Origin: Lama guanicoe
Lineage: Eukaryota
Length of the DNA: 64,000 nucleotides
Assembly: GCA_013239625.1 (NCBI GenBank)
Contig: MU053482.1
Coordinates: 2,581,168-2,645,167 of the forward strand
Reading direction: 5' to 3'
A program made the translations under genes and the position numbers. Below the pieces are notes generated by a model that was given only the letters and a program-made list of their open reading frames with translations, made no database searches and was not told the DNA's origin. This document shows, piece after piece, positions 14,272-26,572 of the stretch (the stretch's first letter is position 1; every line of letters starts with the position of its first letter).

Positions 14272-14639
14272 TATTTCTTGTCTTTTTTATGACAGCCATT
14301 CTAACAGGTGTGAGGTGATATCTCATTGTGATTTTGATTTGCATTTCTCTGATAATTAGTGATGTTGAACATCTTTTCATGTGCCTGTTGGCCACCTGTA
14401 TGTCTTCTTTGGAAAAATGTCTATTCAGATCTTCTGCACATTTTTCAATTGGGTTGTTTGTTTTTGTTATTGTGTGAGTTCATTATAAATTGGGGATATT
14501 AACCCTTTATCAGATATATGATTTGCAAATAACTCCTCCCATTCAGTAGGTTGCCTTTTCATTCTGTTGATGATTTACTGATTTACTTTGCTGTGCCAAA
14601 GCTCAAGTTTTTTGAAAAAGAAAATAAAATCAAGAAGTT

Positions 14640-17372
14640 CTGTAGCACGGAATCCACAATGTTCAGCATGTAATCTAAAATTACCAGACATTTAAATATG
14701 CAGGGAAAGGTAACCCATGATCAGAAGAAAAATCAATCAATAGAGACCCAGAAATGACTTTTTAAGAAAGCTGTTATGAATATGTTCAATGATTTAAAGG
14801 AAACCATGAACAATAATGAGACAAATGAGAAGTATCAATAAAGAAATGTAACCCATAAAACAGAACAAAATAGAAATTCTAGGACTAAAAAATACAGTAT
14901 CTGAAGTGAAAAATTAACTCCACAGGTTTAAAATCAACTTAGACACTACAAAAGAAAAAGCCAGTGAATTTAAAGACATACCAAATGAATTCCTTCAAAT
15001 TGTAGCACAGACAGAAAAAGGCTGAGTCCAACATATGTCTAATTAGAATTTTAGAAAGAAAGAAGAGAAAAATTCGGATATTTGAAGTACTTTTTAAAAT
15101 AATGGCTAATTTTTTTTTTCAGATTTGTTGAAAACAATAAGCTCAAAGATCAAAAAGTTCATTGAACCCCAAGCAGGATAAGCATAAAGAAAAACACACT
15201 TAGACATGTCATAATGATACTGACAGGCAAAAATGAACAGAAAATCTTTGGAACAGCCAGAAGGGAGTTGGAGGAAAAGACACATTTCATTCAGGGGAGC
15301 AACAGTAAGAATGAATGCAAACTTCTTGTTAAAAAAAATGCAAATAAGAAGAAAATGGAACAACTGCCTTAGATTGTTTAAAGAAAAGAAATTCAAAACT
15401 GTGGACTGAGAATTTTAAATCCAGCAGCAATATCTTCAAATACAAAGGTGAAAGAAGGATATTTCAGTTAAACGAAAGCTGAGAGGTTTGTCATCAGCAG
15501 ACTTAAAATACAAGAAATGTCGAAGGAAAGTGATGGCAGAAGAAAATGCAGACCTACAGAGGAATGAAGAGTGCCAAAAATAGACAGGTAACAGTAAAAG
15601 ACTTATTTCTTCATTATATAGTTTTTATAGGGTAATTGGTAATCACATATCATTGGTGGGAGTGTTAAATGGTATAACCACTTTGGAAGAAGTTTTGGCA
15701 ATTTCTTGTAAAACAATACAGGCACTTACTTTATGACCCAGCTGTGCCACTCTTAAGTATAGTTAAAAATACGTGTAGACAAAAAGACTTACACCACAAA
15801 TATTCACAGCAGCTTTAGTCACAGTAGCTAAAAACTGGAAACGAGTGGTGTGAGGACATCACCTGAAGCGTCCCTGAAGTGGGGCAGCCTGGTGTAGGGT
15901 ATCAGAGCCCAGACAGAATAAGGGAACTGGTTCCGCATAGGGGTGTAAAACCCAAGCAGAGTGGGAAAGTGTCCTTATAGAGAGGCAGTTCAGTGGGGTT
16001 TCAGAGCCCAAGCCAGGTGTGTCAGAGGTCCCCAAAACCACTCCCAGGTTCAATGATTAACTTGCAGAACTCTGCACATAGTCATACTCAAGGCTATGAT
16101 TTATTACAGCAAAACGATGCAAACCAAAAGCCTGGGTTTTCTTACTATCATCATTAGAAACATGGAAAGGGAGAAAAGTAGAATGAAACTTGTAATGTTG
16201 GAGGTATTGAAATTGGAAGTATTAGTCTGACATCATGGTTTTCAATAGACATATAGATGAAGACAGATAGATAGTCAGACAGATGGACAGACAGAAGTAG
16301 GAATGAGTATAAATGTAAATGAGTGTGTCGACCCAAAGGGCCTGGGGCAGTGATGCCTCATGGACAATGAACATACTGAGTGCCAAGATCCTGTTTCTAA
16401 GTAATAGTCTCTATTTCTTAGAGAAATGGCTGATTACAGGGTTGGAGCATGGAAAAATACAAGATGAATCTGGAACATCTTGTGCAAGAAACAAAGAAGA
16501 GCTCAAAAAATGACAGGGGCATACCAAAAGGACAAGAGCCAGCTTGAAGAGGCTCCAATGGCCAATTTGGGTATAATTTGAGCTGGAAAATAAATAATGA
16601 TATTAAGAGAATATACCCCATTGCATAAAATATGAAATCATGAATTTATATTGATAAAAAGTCAATGACTAAATTAAAAGTTTGATGAAAATAGAATATT
16701 TATGTAGTTTCAAAGTATCTATCTTAAAAATATTAATTATGAAAGGAAGAAGAGTAACTTTACATATTATATCAACAACTCCCACTCAAATGATTCAAGA
16801 AAAAAATTCTTTGCATTGCTGGCAACATTTCTGAAAGAAATAAATACACAAATCATAATTATAGTTGGAGATTTCCCCACTTGTCTCTAAGTAATTAACA
16901 GAATAAGTAGTTCTGTACCCTGATTATGATGTTGGTTTTGTGAATCTGTATATTTGCTAAAATTCATAGAACAGTACTGTAAAAAATCAATTATACTGTA
17001 AGATAAAATAGTGAATATTAATAATGTATATATATATAGTAGAGAGAGTGGCAAAGTAAATCAATAAAGTAATTTTACACCTTAAGGAACTAGAAAAAGG
17101 AGCAAACTAAACCAGTAGCTAGCAGTAGACAGGAAATAATATAGAACAGAATGAAGACAAGTGCAATACGGAATAGAAAAACAACAGAGAAAAATCAATA
17201 AAACCAAAAGCTTGTTCTTCAAAAAAATCGACAATATTGACAAATATTTAGCTAGATTGACTAAGATACACAGCAAGAAAAATAAAAAAAGTTAAAGTCA
17301 GAAAAGAAAGTAGGACATTTCTACAGATTTTACAGAAATAAAAAGGATTATAAGAGAATACTATGAACAGTT
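14640..17372 (+). mobile_element. Degenerate old L1 (L1M) pieces with a MER21-like LTR fragment near 16018-16130
   Basis: A-rich ORF1/ORF2-like sequence (gaaaaaatcaataaaaccaaaagcttgttcttc; ataagagaatactatgaacag). tgtgtcagaggtccccaaaaccact start of the LTR fragment. Confidence 0.7.
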
Positions 17373-17676
17373 CACTTCAGGAAGAGGAACTGGGTGGCAG
17401 GGGAACAGTGAGATTTTACTTTTTGAATTTTGTCCAGGTGCGTAAATAATATATTTAACTCATAGCAACATCTAACATGTGAGGATGAGAATAGATCAAA
17501 ATGAAAATAATTTATTAAGGTATAAATTACTTGTACTGTATTTTCTAAAGTTTTTGCAGTAAGCTTGTTTTACCTCCATGATTGGAATGAAAATGAAAAA
17601 GATTTTTTTTAATATTTGTAATGTTAATTTACATACAATTTTTGTTGTGTTTCATTAACATCATATCAAATCTTAC

Positions 17677-18327
17677 CTCTTCTTTGACTAGAAGAATTCA
17701 GTGAAAACAACATCTTCTTGGCTGTAAGCCGGAACTAGAACCCCTAAGCTTTGCATTCCCAGGTGAGGAGACCTCAGTCTGAACTGGGAATGGAAACTGT
17801 TTAGAAATAGGAAAAGAATAGTTTCTCAGGGAGCCAAAGGAGGAGGATGTTATCCTAAAAATAGGTTGGAATGTGGTGGCTGGTCTCAGACACTTAGAAC
17901 TAATTTTTAAGTCCCAGTGTTTAGGCAGCTGTCAGACAAGGCAAGCCAGAAGCCTGTAGGATCAGGTCCCTAAAGCCCAGCTGGTGAAGCTGGAAAGAAG
18001 AAGCAGGCTATGGATGTGGGGTAGGCTGGGTCAGCACCTTCAAATATTGGCACAGCAGTGAGTTCTGTCCCCAAACTGGGTGGGGAAAGGCCTGGGCTCT
18101 GGCCAAGAGCAACCAGCCAGGTCAAGCTCTCTGGATTGACATTGCTCTTGTGCCAAAAGAATGCAGGCAGCTCAGACTGCCTTTTCATTTGTGCTGGGTG
18201 GGGAGAGTTCTGGATAAGAGTCCAGATGGCTTAAGGATTTGAGGCTTGGCTCTCTGGCCTGTTTCTCTCAGTGCTCATATTTGCCCAGGCCAGTAAAGAA
18301 TCCTGATCTCTAAGGAGTCAAGATTAT
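17677..18327 (-). pseudogene. Possible fossil exon J (651 bp)
   Basis: Acceptor ttctgatttattcag| and strong donor GAG|gtaaga. Ends GVLVPAYSQEDVVFTEFF*SKK in phase 2, matching exon K. Confidence 0.5.
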
Positions 18328-18354
18328 CTGAATAAATCAGAATAGAATAACTTT

Positions 18355-18462
18355 GGGGGAGGGGTGATTAGGTTTATTTATTTTAACGAAGGTACTGGGG
18401 ACTGAACCCAGGACCTCTTGCATGCTAAGCACGCACTCTACCACTGAACTACATCCTCCCCC
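18355..18462 (-). mobile_element. Vic-1-like SINE
   Basis: TSD TAGAATAACTTT at 18343-18354 and 18463-18474. Confidence 0.92.
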
Positions 18463-19079
18463 TAGAATAACTTTTTGAAGTGAAAATTTTTATTTTAAAA
18501 AATTATTTTTTCCATAGGACATGCCATTGATTATCGTTCTATTATACAGGATATTTCTATAGATTTTTTGTCTTGTATTGCCTCCCCAATTGGAATGCAA
18601 GCTCCATGAGGACAGGGGACTTTTTCTGCTTTATTCAGTGCTGTCTTCCCAAAGGTTAGAAGAGTGCCTGGCACAAACAGTTGCTTAGAATATTTTAACT
18701 GGGTTACAAAAAAAAAAAAAATCAGTGCCAAAAAATTGTTCCAAAAAGTTCAAATAGTAAAGTTCAAAAAGTAAAAATTAAGAGTCTTTGTCCATATCTC
18801 CAGCTAATTCTACTCCCCCAAGATAACCATTGTAACATTTTTGTGTGTACAGTATTAAGAACAATCTGTCCTTTTATTTCTGTATATCTTAAGCAGACCA
18901 CAGTGCCTGGCATAGAAGAACTTGATATAACTAGTTAAAAATTCATTGAATGAGTCATAAGCAGTCTTGGAGTTGGGGTGGAGTGGCTAAAAAATGGGTT
19001 GGCGGCTATAGGCTATTTCCCCAAACAAGTTGGGAGGAGTTCCTTAAGTTAAGCTTTCATCTATACATCACACATGTTG

Positions 19080-19157
19080 AGGGGGGATGGGTATAGCTCA
19101 GTGGTAGCGAGCATGCCTAGCATGCATGAGGTCCTAGGTTCAATCCCCAGCACCTCC
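19080..19157 (+). mobile_element. Vic-1-like SINE (short form)
   Basis: tRNA-like head plus A tail, imperfect TSD acatcac(ac)atgt. Confidence 0.9.
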
Positions 19158-19239
19158 ATCAAAAAAGAAAAACAAAAACATCACATGTATAGAGAAGAGT
19201 GCCTGAACAGGGTCAATCATTTATTAAGTACTTACTCAA

Positions 19240-19796
19240 TAACCAAACCATATAATGAGAAGAAAGATTTGATTCTCCAGCCTGCTGCACTACTTCTGGC
19301 TTCCTTGAATAAGACTCCTTGCCCTTTTAAACTGGCCAGGGGAGGGTATAGCTCAAGTGGTAGAACGCATGCTTAGCATGCACGAGGTCCTGGGTTCAAT
19401 CCCTTGTGCTACCTATAAAAACTAAATAAATAAGTAGACTTAACTACCAACCCACCCCGCAAAAAAAAAAAAAAGAAAAATTAAATAAACAAACAAACTG
19501 GCCCAGTGCCTTTCTACCAGAGCATGCTGGCCCCAGAGCAGAACTCCCATCCCAAAGAGTCTCCATGCCTTTTGGCTGCTGGCAGGACAGAGTGAGAAGA
19601 CCCTTCCATAGACCAACAGACAGACACCCATGCTCATGCCCAGCACGTCTGGATGGACTGTTGCCCAGTTAGGACCTTTGAGAGACAGACATCTGTCAGC
19701 ATCTCTTTGTGACAGTGTCTCAGGGGATTTGTCTGAGTGCCAGCTTCTCTATGGAAAAGGCAGTCAAAGCCAGGAAAAGCCTGCGACTCAGTCACA
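19240..19796 (-). pseudogene. Possible fossil exon I, interrupted by a SINE (19339-19494); 3' boundary uncertain
   Basis: Acceptor gtattttcag|. Phase-2 open frame (S)VTESQAFPGFDCLFHREAGTQTNPLRHCHK... Confidence 0.35.
19339..19494 (+). mobile_element. Vic-1-like SINE (long-tail form)
   Basis: ggggagggtatagctcaagtggtagaacgcatgcttagcatgcacgaggtcc head, TSD aaactggcc. Confidence 0.92.
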
Positions 19797-20933
19797 CTGA
19801 AAATACAATATTGAAGCATTAAGCTGAAATGTGGCAATTTACAGCTGTCACACCACACTCTCTGAGTGAAATCACATTTTGTGCCAGGTTTCCAAAGACA
19901 TAATCACATGAAAACTATTTTTATTGCCTTGATGCATGGTTAAAAGTAGTTTACCACAAATGTAAGAAAATCTACTCTGGGATCTCTGTTGAGAAGTATA
20001 AATACAGGGAGCAAAGTGGTTGTTTCCTATTTTACTTCAGGAAACATTTAGTTATAAATAGAGTGATGCAGTAAGCTTAGAAGAGTGACTTAGGGTAGAT
20101 TCCTTGCTAGTCAATCACTTTATTGAATCAATGAAATTAAATCAAATTTCCTAGAATTCACCTTTATGATAGAAAATCATAGTAGGTACACTTTTAGGTT
20201 CCAATTCACCTTTGTCTTCTTTTTGACTTCTGCTTATTTCCATATCAGGTCCTTCACCTTCCAGAAGTTAAGTAAAATATTCCAATCTGGCACTGTTCTT
20301 ACTGCTGGTTTCTCATTGGTGAGGGTGGGAGGAATGGAGAGGGCCTGCATTCTCAGCATCCAAAATGTTGAAAGTTGCCACACATTTCATCAGGCCTCCA
20401 GCTGGTTCCTTAGTTTGAGAAGCTCTTTTCCAAACCTTTGAGTGGCTACCTCCTTATCAGTTGGGTTTCCGTCAAATGTCAGCCCTCTCTGACTATCCTG
20501 TTTTATATTGCCTTCCTCTCATGACTCTATCTCATGACATTTAGTCTTATATTCCTCACACTATAGCATCTGAAATTGTATTTATTTGATTATTGTCTGT
20601 CTCCCTAGGTAAGACCTTGTCTGCCGTGGTTACCACAGTACTACAGCACCTTGAATAGTTCCTGGTACACAGTAGGCTTTGTACATACTCATTTATAATT
20701 TAATAGGTGGTGGCCAATAGATGGTAGTAATTAAGTGTAAAAGCTTAGGAGGAATGATTTGTTTAAGGATTTAAAAAGAGAATTTAAAATTTCCACTCAA
20801 TTATCATCTTGCCAAAAAAAAAAAATGTATTGGGATTATCATGTTCGTTGTCAGCTTCTAATTGTGCCCTTGGTGCCGGTTTCTGTGCCTAATATGAGTG
20901 TATCACATACACAGTACTAGTTTTACCACTTGC

Positions 20934-20971
20934 CTCTGAGATCAAAGGAAATCGAAAGACATTAGCAAATC
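20934..20971 (-). pseudogene. Possible fossil exon H (38 bp)
   Basis: Acceptor gtttattgtag| and donor GAG|gcaagt. Phase-compatible with G and I. Confidence 0.35.
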
Positions 20972-21106
20972 CTACAATAAACATAACACATATTTTCCTT
21001 AATAGCTCTTGGGAGAGTCACCCTAAAATACATGGGTATTCAATGGAATATGCAAATTAGTAATGAAAAAGTTCTCTCAGTTAAGGTGAAGAGACTGCAC
21101 ACATAC

Positions 21107-21266
21107 GGAGAAGACACATTTTAAAAGGACAGAAAAGTGCCCAATGAACTTAACAACAACATGATCATTCTTTTCTTTAGTTGTCTGTAGTGAAGAACCT
21201 GTACGAATGGCAAAAATTGACATTTTATGGCTCTTATACTTGCGAATTGATACAAAGTAAAGGCAT
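21107..21266 (-). pseudogene. Possible fossil exon G (160 bp)
   Basis: Acceptor ttttttttctgatgcaaatag| and donor TCC|gtatgt. Fully open frame CLYFVSIRKYKSHKMSIFAIRTG...LLKCVFS. Confidence 0.45.
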
Positions 21267-22239
21267 CTATTTGCATCAGAAAAAAAATAACATTAGCAAT
21301 CAGAGCCATATCCTAAATGTCCAAAATATGACTTTGTTAATATTGCCTCTCTGAAATATTAACTAGATTTTTTTTTGGTTGTAGAAATTGGTAAGTAAGA
21401 AACAAGGCCCTCAGAAATAACGGCAGTTGATTTAATTCCTCTTACCTTCACTATCCTCATCTGTAAAAGGAGCTAAATTATCCTTACCACGCAGAATAGA
21501 AAATGTACACTAAATGCTTAGCTTTAGTAGATATTCAATAAATATTTGAGGTTCTTGCTCTCTTTAAAGCCCTTTGAGCAGCTTCTGGCCTTCTGGTCTC
21601 TGATCTGGTTCAACCACTCTGAGCTCTATTACACATCCTCCCCGGGAGGTTACTCAGTAGGCACTGTGGGAAATAAGAGTTTGTTTTGATTGTAAACTGT
21701 CCCTGCTTGTCAGAACAGTAACAACAACAACAAAATCAATCATCATTTCCAGTCTCCTCTCCAGCATCAGTCATGCTTCGGTCATCTAATGCTGAAGAGG
21801 TGTCTGAGGTAAAACTGAACACTGTGCGGAAAGAGACTGTGCACCCATTCAGGTGGAGGCTACCACTTCATCAGAGGCCACAGCAGTAGCAGGACAAAAC
21901 TGAACCAGAGTAGTAGATTTCAGGGATGCCTCCCAATGAGAGGCAACTAGCTACATGAGGAGAGCTCTGACTGCCTCATCCCTCTCTCTCTGACCCATTC
22001 CTGAGAACAGGGAAGGGAACAGAGGGTCCCAGGGCATGAGCCATCTCCACCTACCCGCAGGGCACTAGAGTGGGAAGAGGATTGAAAAACTCAATGGTTC
22101 TTCTCTGCTGTAAGTCTAGCTTGTACTGGGAGAGGTGGAGAGTTTTGAACCAGTCATGAGACTGACATTTTAAACAAGACTAAACAGAGTTTTGGTAAAG
22201 TCATAGAATCTGCCCAGGATGTCAGTAAGGTACAGGCAA

Positions 22240-22346
22240 AGGGAGAGGGAAATGGTTCAGTGGTAGAGCACATGCTTAGCATGCAGAAGGTCCTGGGTTC
22301 AATCCCCAGGACCTCCAGTAAAAAAAAGAAAAGAAAAGAAAAGAAA
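22240..22346 (+). mobile_element. Vic-1-like SINE
   Basis: Head plus (gaaaa)n tail, TSD gtacaggcaa. Confidence 0.9.
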
Positions 22347-22399
22347 AGTACAGGCAAGGAGGATTTGCCACAATATATTTGAAAGTGGTAATCGAAAAT

Positions 22400-22620
22400 A
22401 GTAACACCTAATAATTACTGAGTACTTCACTATGTGCCCAGCCTGTTCAAGAACTTTACCTACATTAACCTGTCTAATCCGCATAATAACCTTATGAGGT
22501 AGGTCCATTACAATCTCCAGTGGACATAAGATGGAACTGAGGCACAGAAAAGTTAATTTGCCTAATTCAGACCCCAGCAGTCCTGCTCCAGAGCCAAGCT
22601 CCTGACCAAGGTGCTCCACT
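22400..22620 (-). mobile_element. MIR
   Basis: tactgagtacttcactatgtgcc...aaccttatgaggtagg...gaactgaggcacagaaaagttaa. Confidence 0.75.
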
Positions 22621-22817
22621 GCTTCTTATGCCCTGATAGGTTGAGATTTCTTCATAAGCCAGTTACTCATATATATGTGGGCCCCGTCACATATCAAGAC
22701 CATTTAATGTGTCAGTTTAGAGTTCTCTCTTTTGCTTACTGAAAGAACAAAATTTTTCTGGATACAAATTTCAAGAAGGCTATTCCAAGCAGACATTTTA
22801 AAGGCAAGACCCACTTG

Positions 22818-22903
22818 AGGGAGAGGGTATAGCTCAGTGGTAGAGCATGTGCTTAGCATGCACAAGGTCCTGGGTTCTATCCCCAGTACCTCTACTAAAA
22901 ATA
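22818..22903 (+). mobile_element. Vic-1-like SINE
   Basis: Near-consensus head, TSD aaaggcaag..ccacttg. Confidence 0.92.
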
Positions 22904-24417
22904 AAGGCAAGGGCCACTTGGGTTGTAGGATAAAGGCCAAATTCAATAACCTATCAAGAAGAGTTAAGAATTAAAATCAAGAAGAGTTAAGGTCATCTGC
23001 CCTATCAAAAAAAAAAAAAGATCACCTACTTTTGCACCATCTCTCACTCTGTTTTTTTAGCAGCAAAGAATTAATGTGGGAAATCAGTCCCCAGAGTATT
23101 AATGTCTTTCTTAAGCAACATTGCCTCTTATCAAAGATCTCTGCAGTTTTTCCAGTTAGTTTCTTCCATGATTCAACTTGACAGATATTATTGAGCATCT
23201 GAATTGTGCAGTGCACTGTTAAGAAAGGTCCTTCCCTCAAAAAAACCAAGCTCTACCAGGAGACAAAGAAAAATATATAACTAGAAATAACTCAAGTCAG
23301 ATTGTAGCACTCGCTCTGGTGGTTCTATGGGAGCCTGAAGAAGTAATGGTTTGTTCTGACAGAATGTGTCAGGGGGTTTCACGAAAGAATTATTGAGTTG
23401 GATTTTGAAAGGTAAGTAGGATTTAGATATGACAAAGGTGGGGAAGTGGCATTCCAGAGAGAAGGAAACTGTAAACAAATCATGGAGGTGTAAAAATGCA
23501 TGACATGTCCCAGGGAAAAGGAGCTCAGCGAGGCTGAAAGAAGAAGGATGAATATCAGGACAAGACAAGATGTAGACAAGAAAGTGAGAATGGGAGCAAG
23601 GCTGAGGCAGGAAGATGGTGCTGAGAAAAGGAGCCTAAGGGAGAAGAAAGGGAAAGGAAGACTACAAGACTGGGCTGGAGACTAGAGGCGAGTGAGAGAA
23701 ATTCACTTCAAACTGGTGCAAGGAGAAGGTAAAGCCCCAAAGCAGCCATGATACAAAGGGAAAGGAAAGAGAATCTGGAAAACCCATCAAGAACTGTGAT
23801 CCCGATACTTTCTCACATCTCTGTTTCTCTCTGCACAGCTGTTTTGGTATCCCCTGTCTTTGAAGACTAGCTTTCAGTGTTTTGATATGCATGTGGCCAA
23901 ACATGGCCATTCCACAATTTCTGAGAATGCACCTCCACTTAAAGCAACCTGAAGATACTGAAGCAGAATTTCTCCAATCCAATCATAGTTCCTGATGGAA
24001 CTTGTATCCCTGAAACCAGCTCTACTTTTGTCAGGCTTTAGAAGAGTGAACCATTACCTTCCCTTTTCCACCTCAGGTTGTTTGAATTGGATTTCTGTTA
24101 CATTCATTTGAAAAAGTTCAGAATTTCTGATGGTAACAGTTATTAAGCACCAGAATGGATTCCAAGAAAGGCTTTTTTTCTAAAGAAACTCTCCAAGAAT
24201 TGTCTAGAAAGGACAATTCTTTCCTTTAAAAGGCCTCAAGTCTAGATTTTGTTCTCTGATTTCAAAAGCAAGTGACCAAGAAGAAATCAGTCATCTCACC
24301 ACCTCCCTGGGGAGGCAGACAGATACTGTTATCCCAATCTGATAGGTACAAATGAGCACAAAAATACTGAATTATTTTCTGTTATTATCTACCTACTATG
24401 TCAAGAGGACCGCCAAG

Positions 24418-24535
24418 AGTGGGGGTATAGTTCAGTGGTAGTGTATGCTTAGCATTCACAAGGTCCTGGGTTCAATCCCCAGCACTTCCATTAAAAAAAA
24501 AAAAAAAAAAAGGTGGAGGGGAGGGAAAAATAAAA
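24418..24535 (+). mobile_element. Vic-1-like SINE
   Basis: Head plus poly(A), TSD aaga.gac.gccaaga. Confidence 0.88.
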
Positions 24536-25074
24536 GAAGAAGACTGCCAAGAATGGAAAACCCTTCTTAGCCTCAGGACAACACTCTTCCCTTTAAAAAG
24601 AAAACTGCAACATGTGAACACTTAACCAAAAATGAAGGTTAACGTCTAGAGCTCATTTATTCCACTGAAGTAAACACTAGCCTTAATCAAGCACCCTGGA
24701 CGGCTTCAGGCAAATGAACTCAAAAGCAGAAAATATGTTTAGGAATCAGACAGCTCCTTTAGCATTTAAACTTTTCTACCCAGTTATTTCTGTATACCTT
24801 TTCTGTTCTGAATAATCTTTCATCATTTACTCTTCAGGGAATCTCAGCATTGCATTGCCTTTTGAGATCTGATTGTGAAGTATTTCAAGTCCTCTGTTTC
24901 ATAAGAGCAAGATTTCCAACTGTGAGAAAGGTATTTTACTAGTAACAACTGTTACCTCAGGGGATTGGAACTGTGCAAAAATTTTATTTCCTAAATTAAA
25001 TATTTCTGAAATGTTTGAATTTTTTCAATGAGTATGAGTTGCTTTTGTAATTGGAAAAAAAACCCCACATATTT

Positions 25075-25135
25075 CTTTTCTTTTTTTTTTAATGGAGATA
25101 ACTCTACCACTGAGCTATACCCACCCTCTCCCCCC
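25075..25135 (-). mobile_element. Internally deleted Vic-1-like SINE
   Basis: A-box part joined directly to the tail, TSD cacatatttcttt. Confidence 0.75.
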
Positions 25136-25553
25136 AAACACATATTTCTTTAAAATGTTCAATGCCAACAACAACAAAAAAGGCAGCCTCTCAAAAAAAG
25201 AGATATTTTACCTATGCAACTCTCCAAGTATAATATTTCTCAATCATCTAGTGCATTTTGTCCTTTTTATCTTCTAATGATTAAATCCTATGCTGTTTTG
25301 TTTTTAGAAATTGTAATGTCTGAACTGAATTATAATAACCTCAGGTCTCTGTCTCCAGTCTTGTCCTTTTCAAGTCATTCCCCACACTGTTACCAGAGTG
25401 ATCTTTCTAAAACAGATCTGAGCATGTCACATCCCTGCTGCAAATTATGTGAGGCTCCTCCTCCCCTGCAGGCCCTAGAGACTCCATGAACAAATCCCTA
25501 CCTACTTGCCTCTCTAGCCCCATTGCCCTTTATCTGTCCCCTTGCTCTCTAAC

Positions 25554-26572
25554 CTTTTACAATACCAGACTAGGTTTTAAGGGACAGCATCTCAAGGCCC
25601 AGTCTGAACTATCTCCATCTCTGCCTAGATGAGGAGGCACAAAGACCTCTCCAAAGAACTTGACTTTGCTGGGGCTGGACTCAGGTGTGCTTCTGTAAGT
25701 AGGACTGAGGTCACAGAGATTGAGGCACAAGATTTGGCACCAAGGTGGGTGGAATGTCTTACAGCAAGGTGGACGGACATAGAGGGTTTTACACTTAGTG
25801 AAATAAGTCATACAGAGAAAGACAAATAATCTATGTTATCACTTATATGTAGAATCTAAGAAAACACACACACACACGAATGTATATAACAAAATAGAAA
25901 CAGATTCACAGATACAGAGAACAAATTAGTGTTACCAGTGAGGAGAGGGGTAGGAGGAGGGGCAAGATAGGGATATGGGATTAAGAGATACAAACTACTA
26001 TGTATAAAATAGATAAACTAACAGGGTATATTGTACAACACAGGCAACTGTAGCCATTATTTTGTAATAACTTTATTTTTTAATTTAATTCATTTATTTT
26101 TATTTTTTGAAGGGGCGGTAATTAGGTTTACTTACTTATTTTTAGAGGAGGTACTGGGGATTGAACCCAGGACCTTGTGTATGCTAAGCATGCACTCTAC
26201 CACTCTCCTCCCTCCTTGTAATAACTTTAAATGGAGTATAATTTATAAAAATACTGAATCACTATGTAGTATACCTGCAACTAGTATAATATTATAAATG
26301 AACTATACTTCAGTTTAAATAAAACGTAGATGAAGTGCCATCATCTCGCTGATCATCTGTGAACATCTTCTCACTTCTGTCTTAACAACAGCAGGTGACC
26401 AGTACATCTCTACATCCCTTGCTATTGGTTTTCTCTGTGACATAACTCTCTGGTGGCTGCTGCGATGTCTGCTATATGGATCACCTGGTATTTCTAGCCC
26501 AGAAGCAATAGCAGTGAGTGTCATGTAGATCAGAGGATGTGGTAGCTTAGCTCTACTTGGCCTCTTGAGTTT
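25554..26572 (-). pseudogene. Possible fossil exon F, split by an L1 insertion (25758-26322)
   Basis: Acceptor ttaacaacagcag|, then an open frame KLKRPSRAKLPHPLIY... up to the L1. An open frame resumes beyond it (...SPTYRSTPESSPSKVKF...). Confidence 0.4.
25758..26322 (+). mobile_element. L1 3' end with nested minus-strand SINE (about 26075-26215)
   Basis: agtgaaataagtcatacagagaaagacaaata...gatacaaactactatgtataaaatagataa. SINE TSD ttgtaataacttta. Confidence 0.9.

Larger units (their letters stand above)
13706..14602 (-). mobile_element. L1 ORF2-end fragment carrying two nested SINEs
   Basis: Typical L1 sequence (ccatactgttttccatagtggctgcaccaatttaca; ttgatttgcatttctctgataattagtgatgttga). Confidence 0.9.

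Noticed and set aside
19230..19236. TGA|gtaagt as the donor of fossil exon I
   Set aside because: It overlaps an L2-tail-like motif (gtaagtacttaataaatg), so it may be repeat-derived. The boundary is left uncertain.
20183..20330. Possible extra minus-strand exon (PAVRTVPDWNILLNFWKVKDLIWK) ending AAG|gtgaat
   Set aside because: No clear acceptor and no recognisable motif, so it is not supportable on its own.
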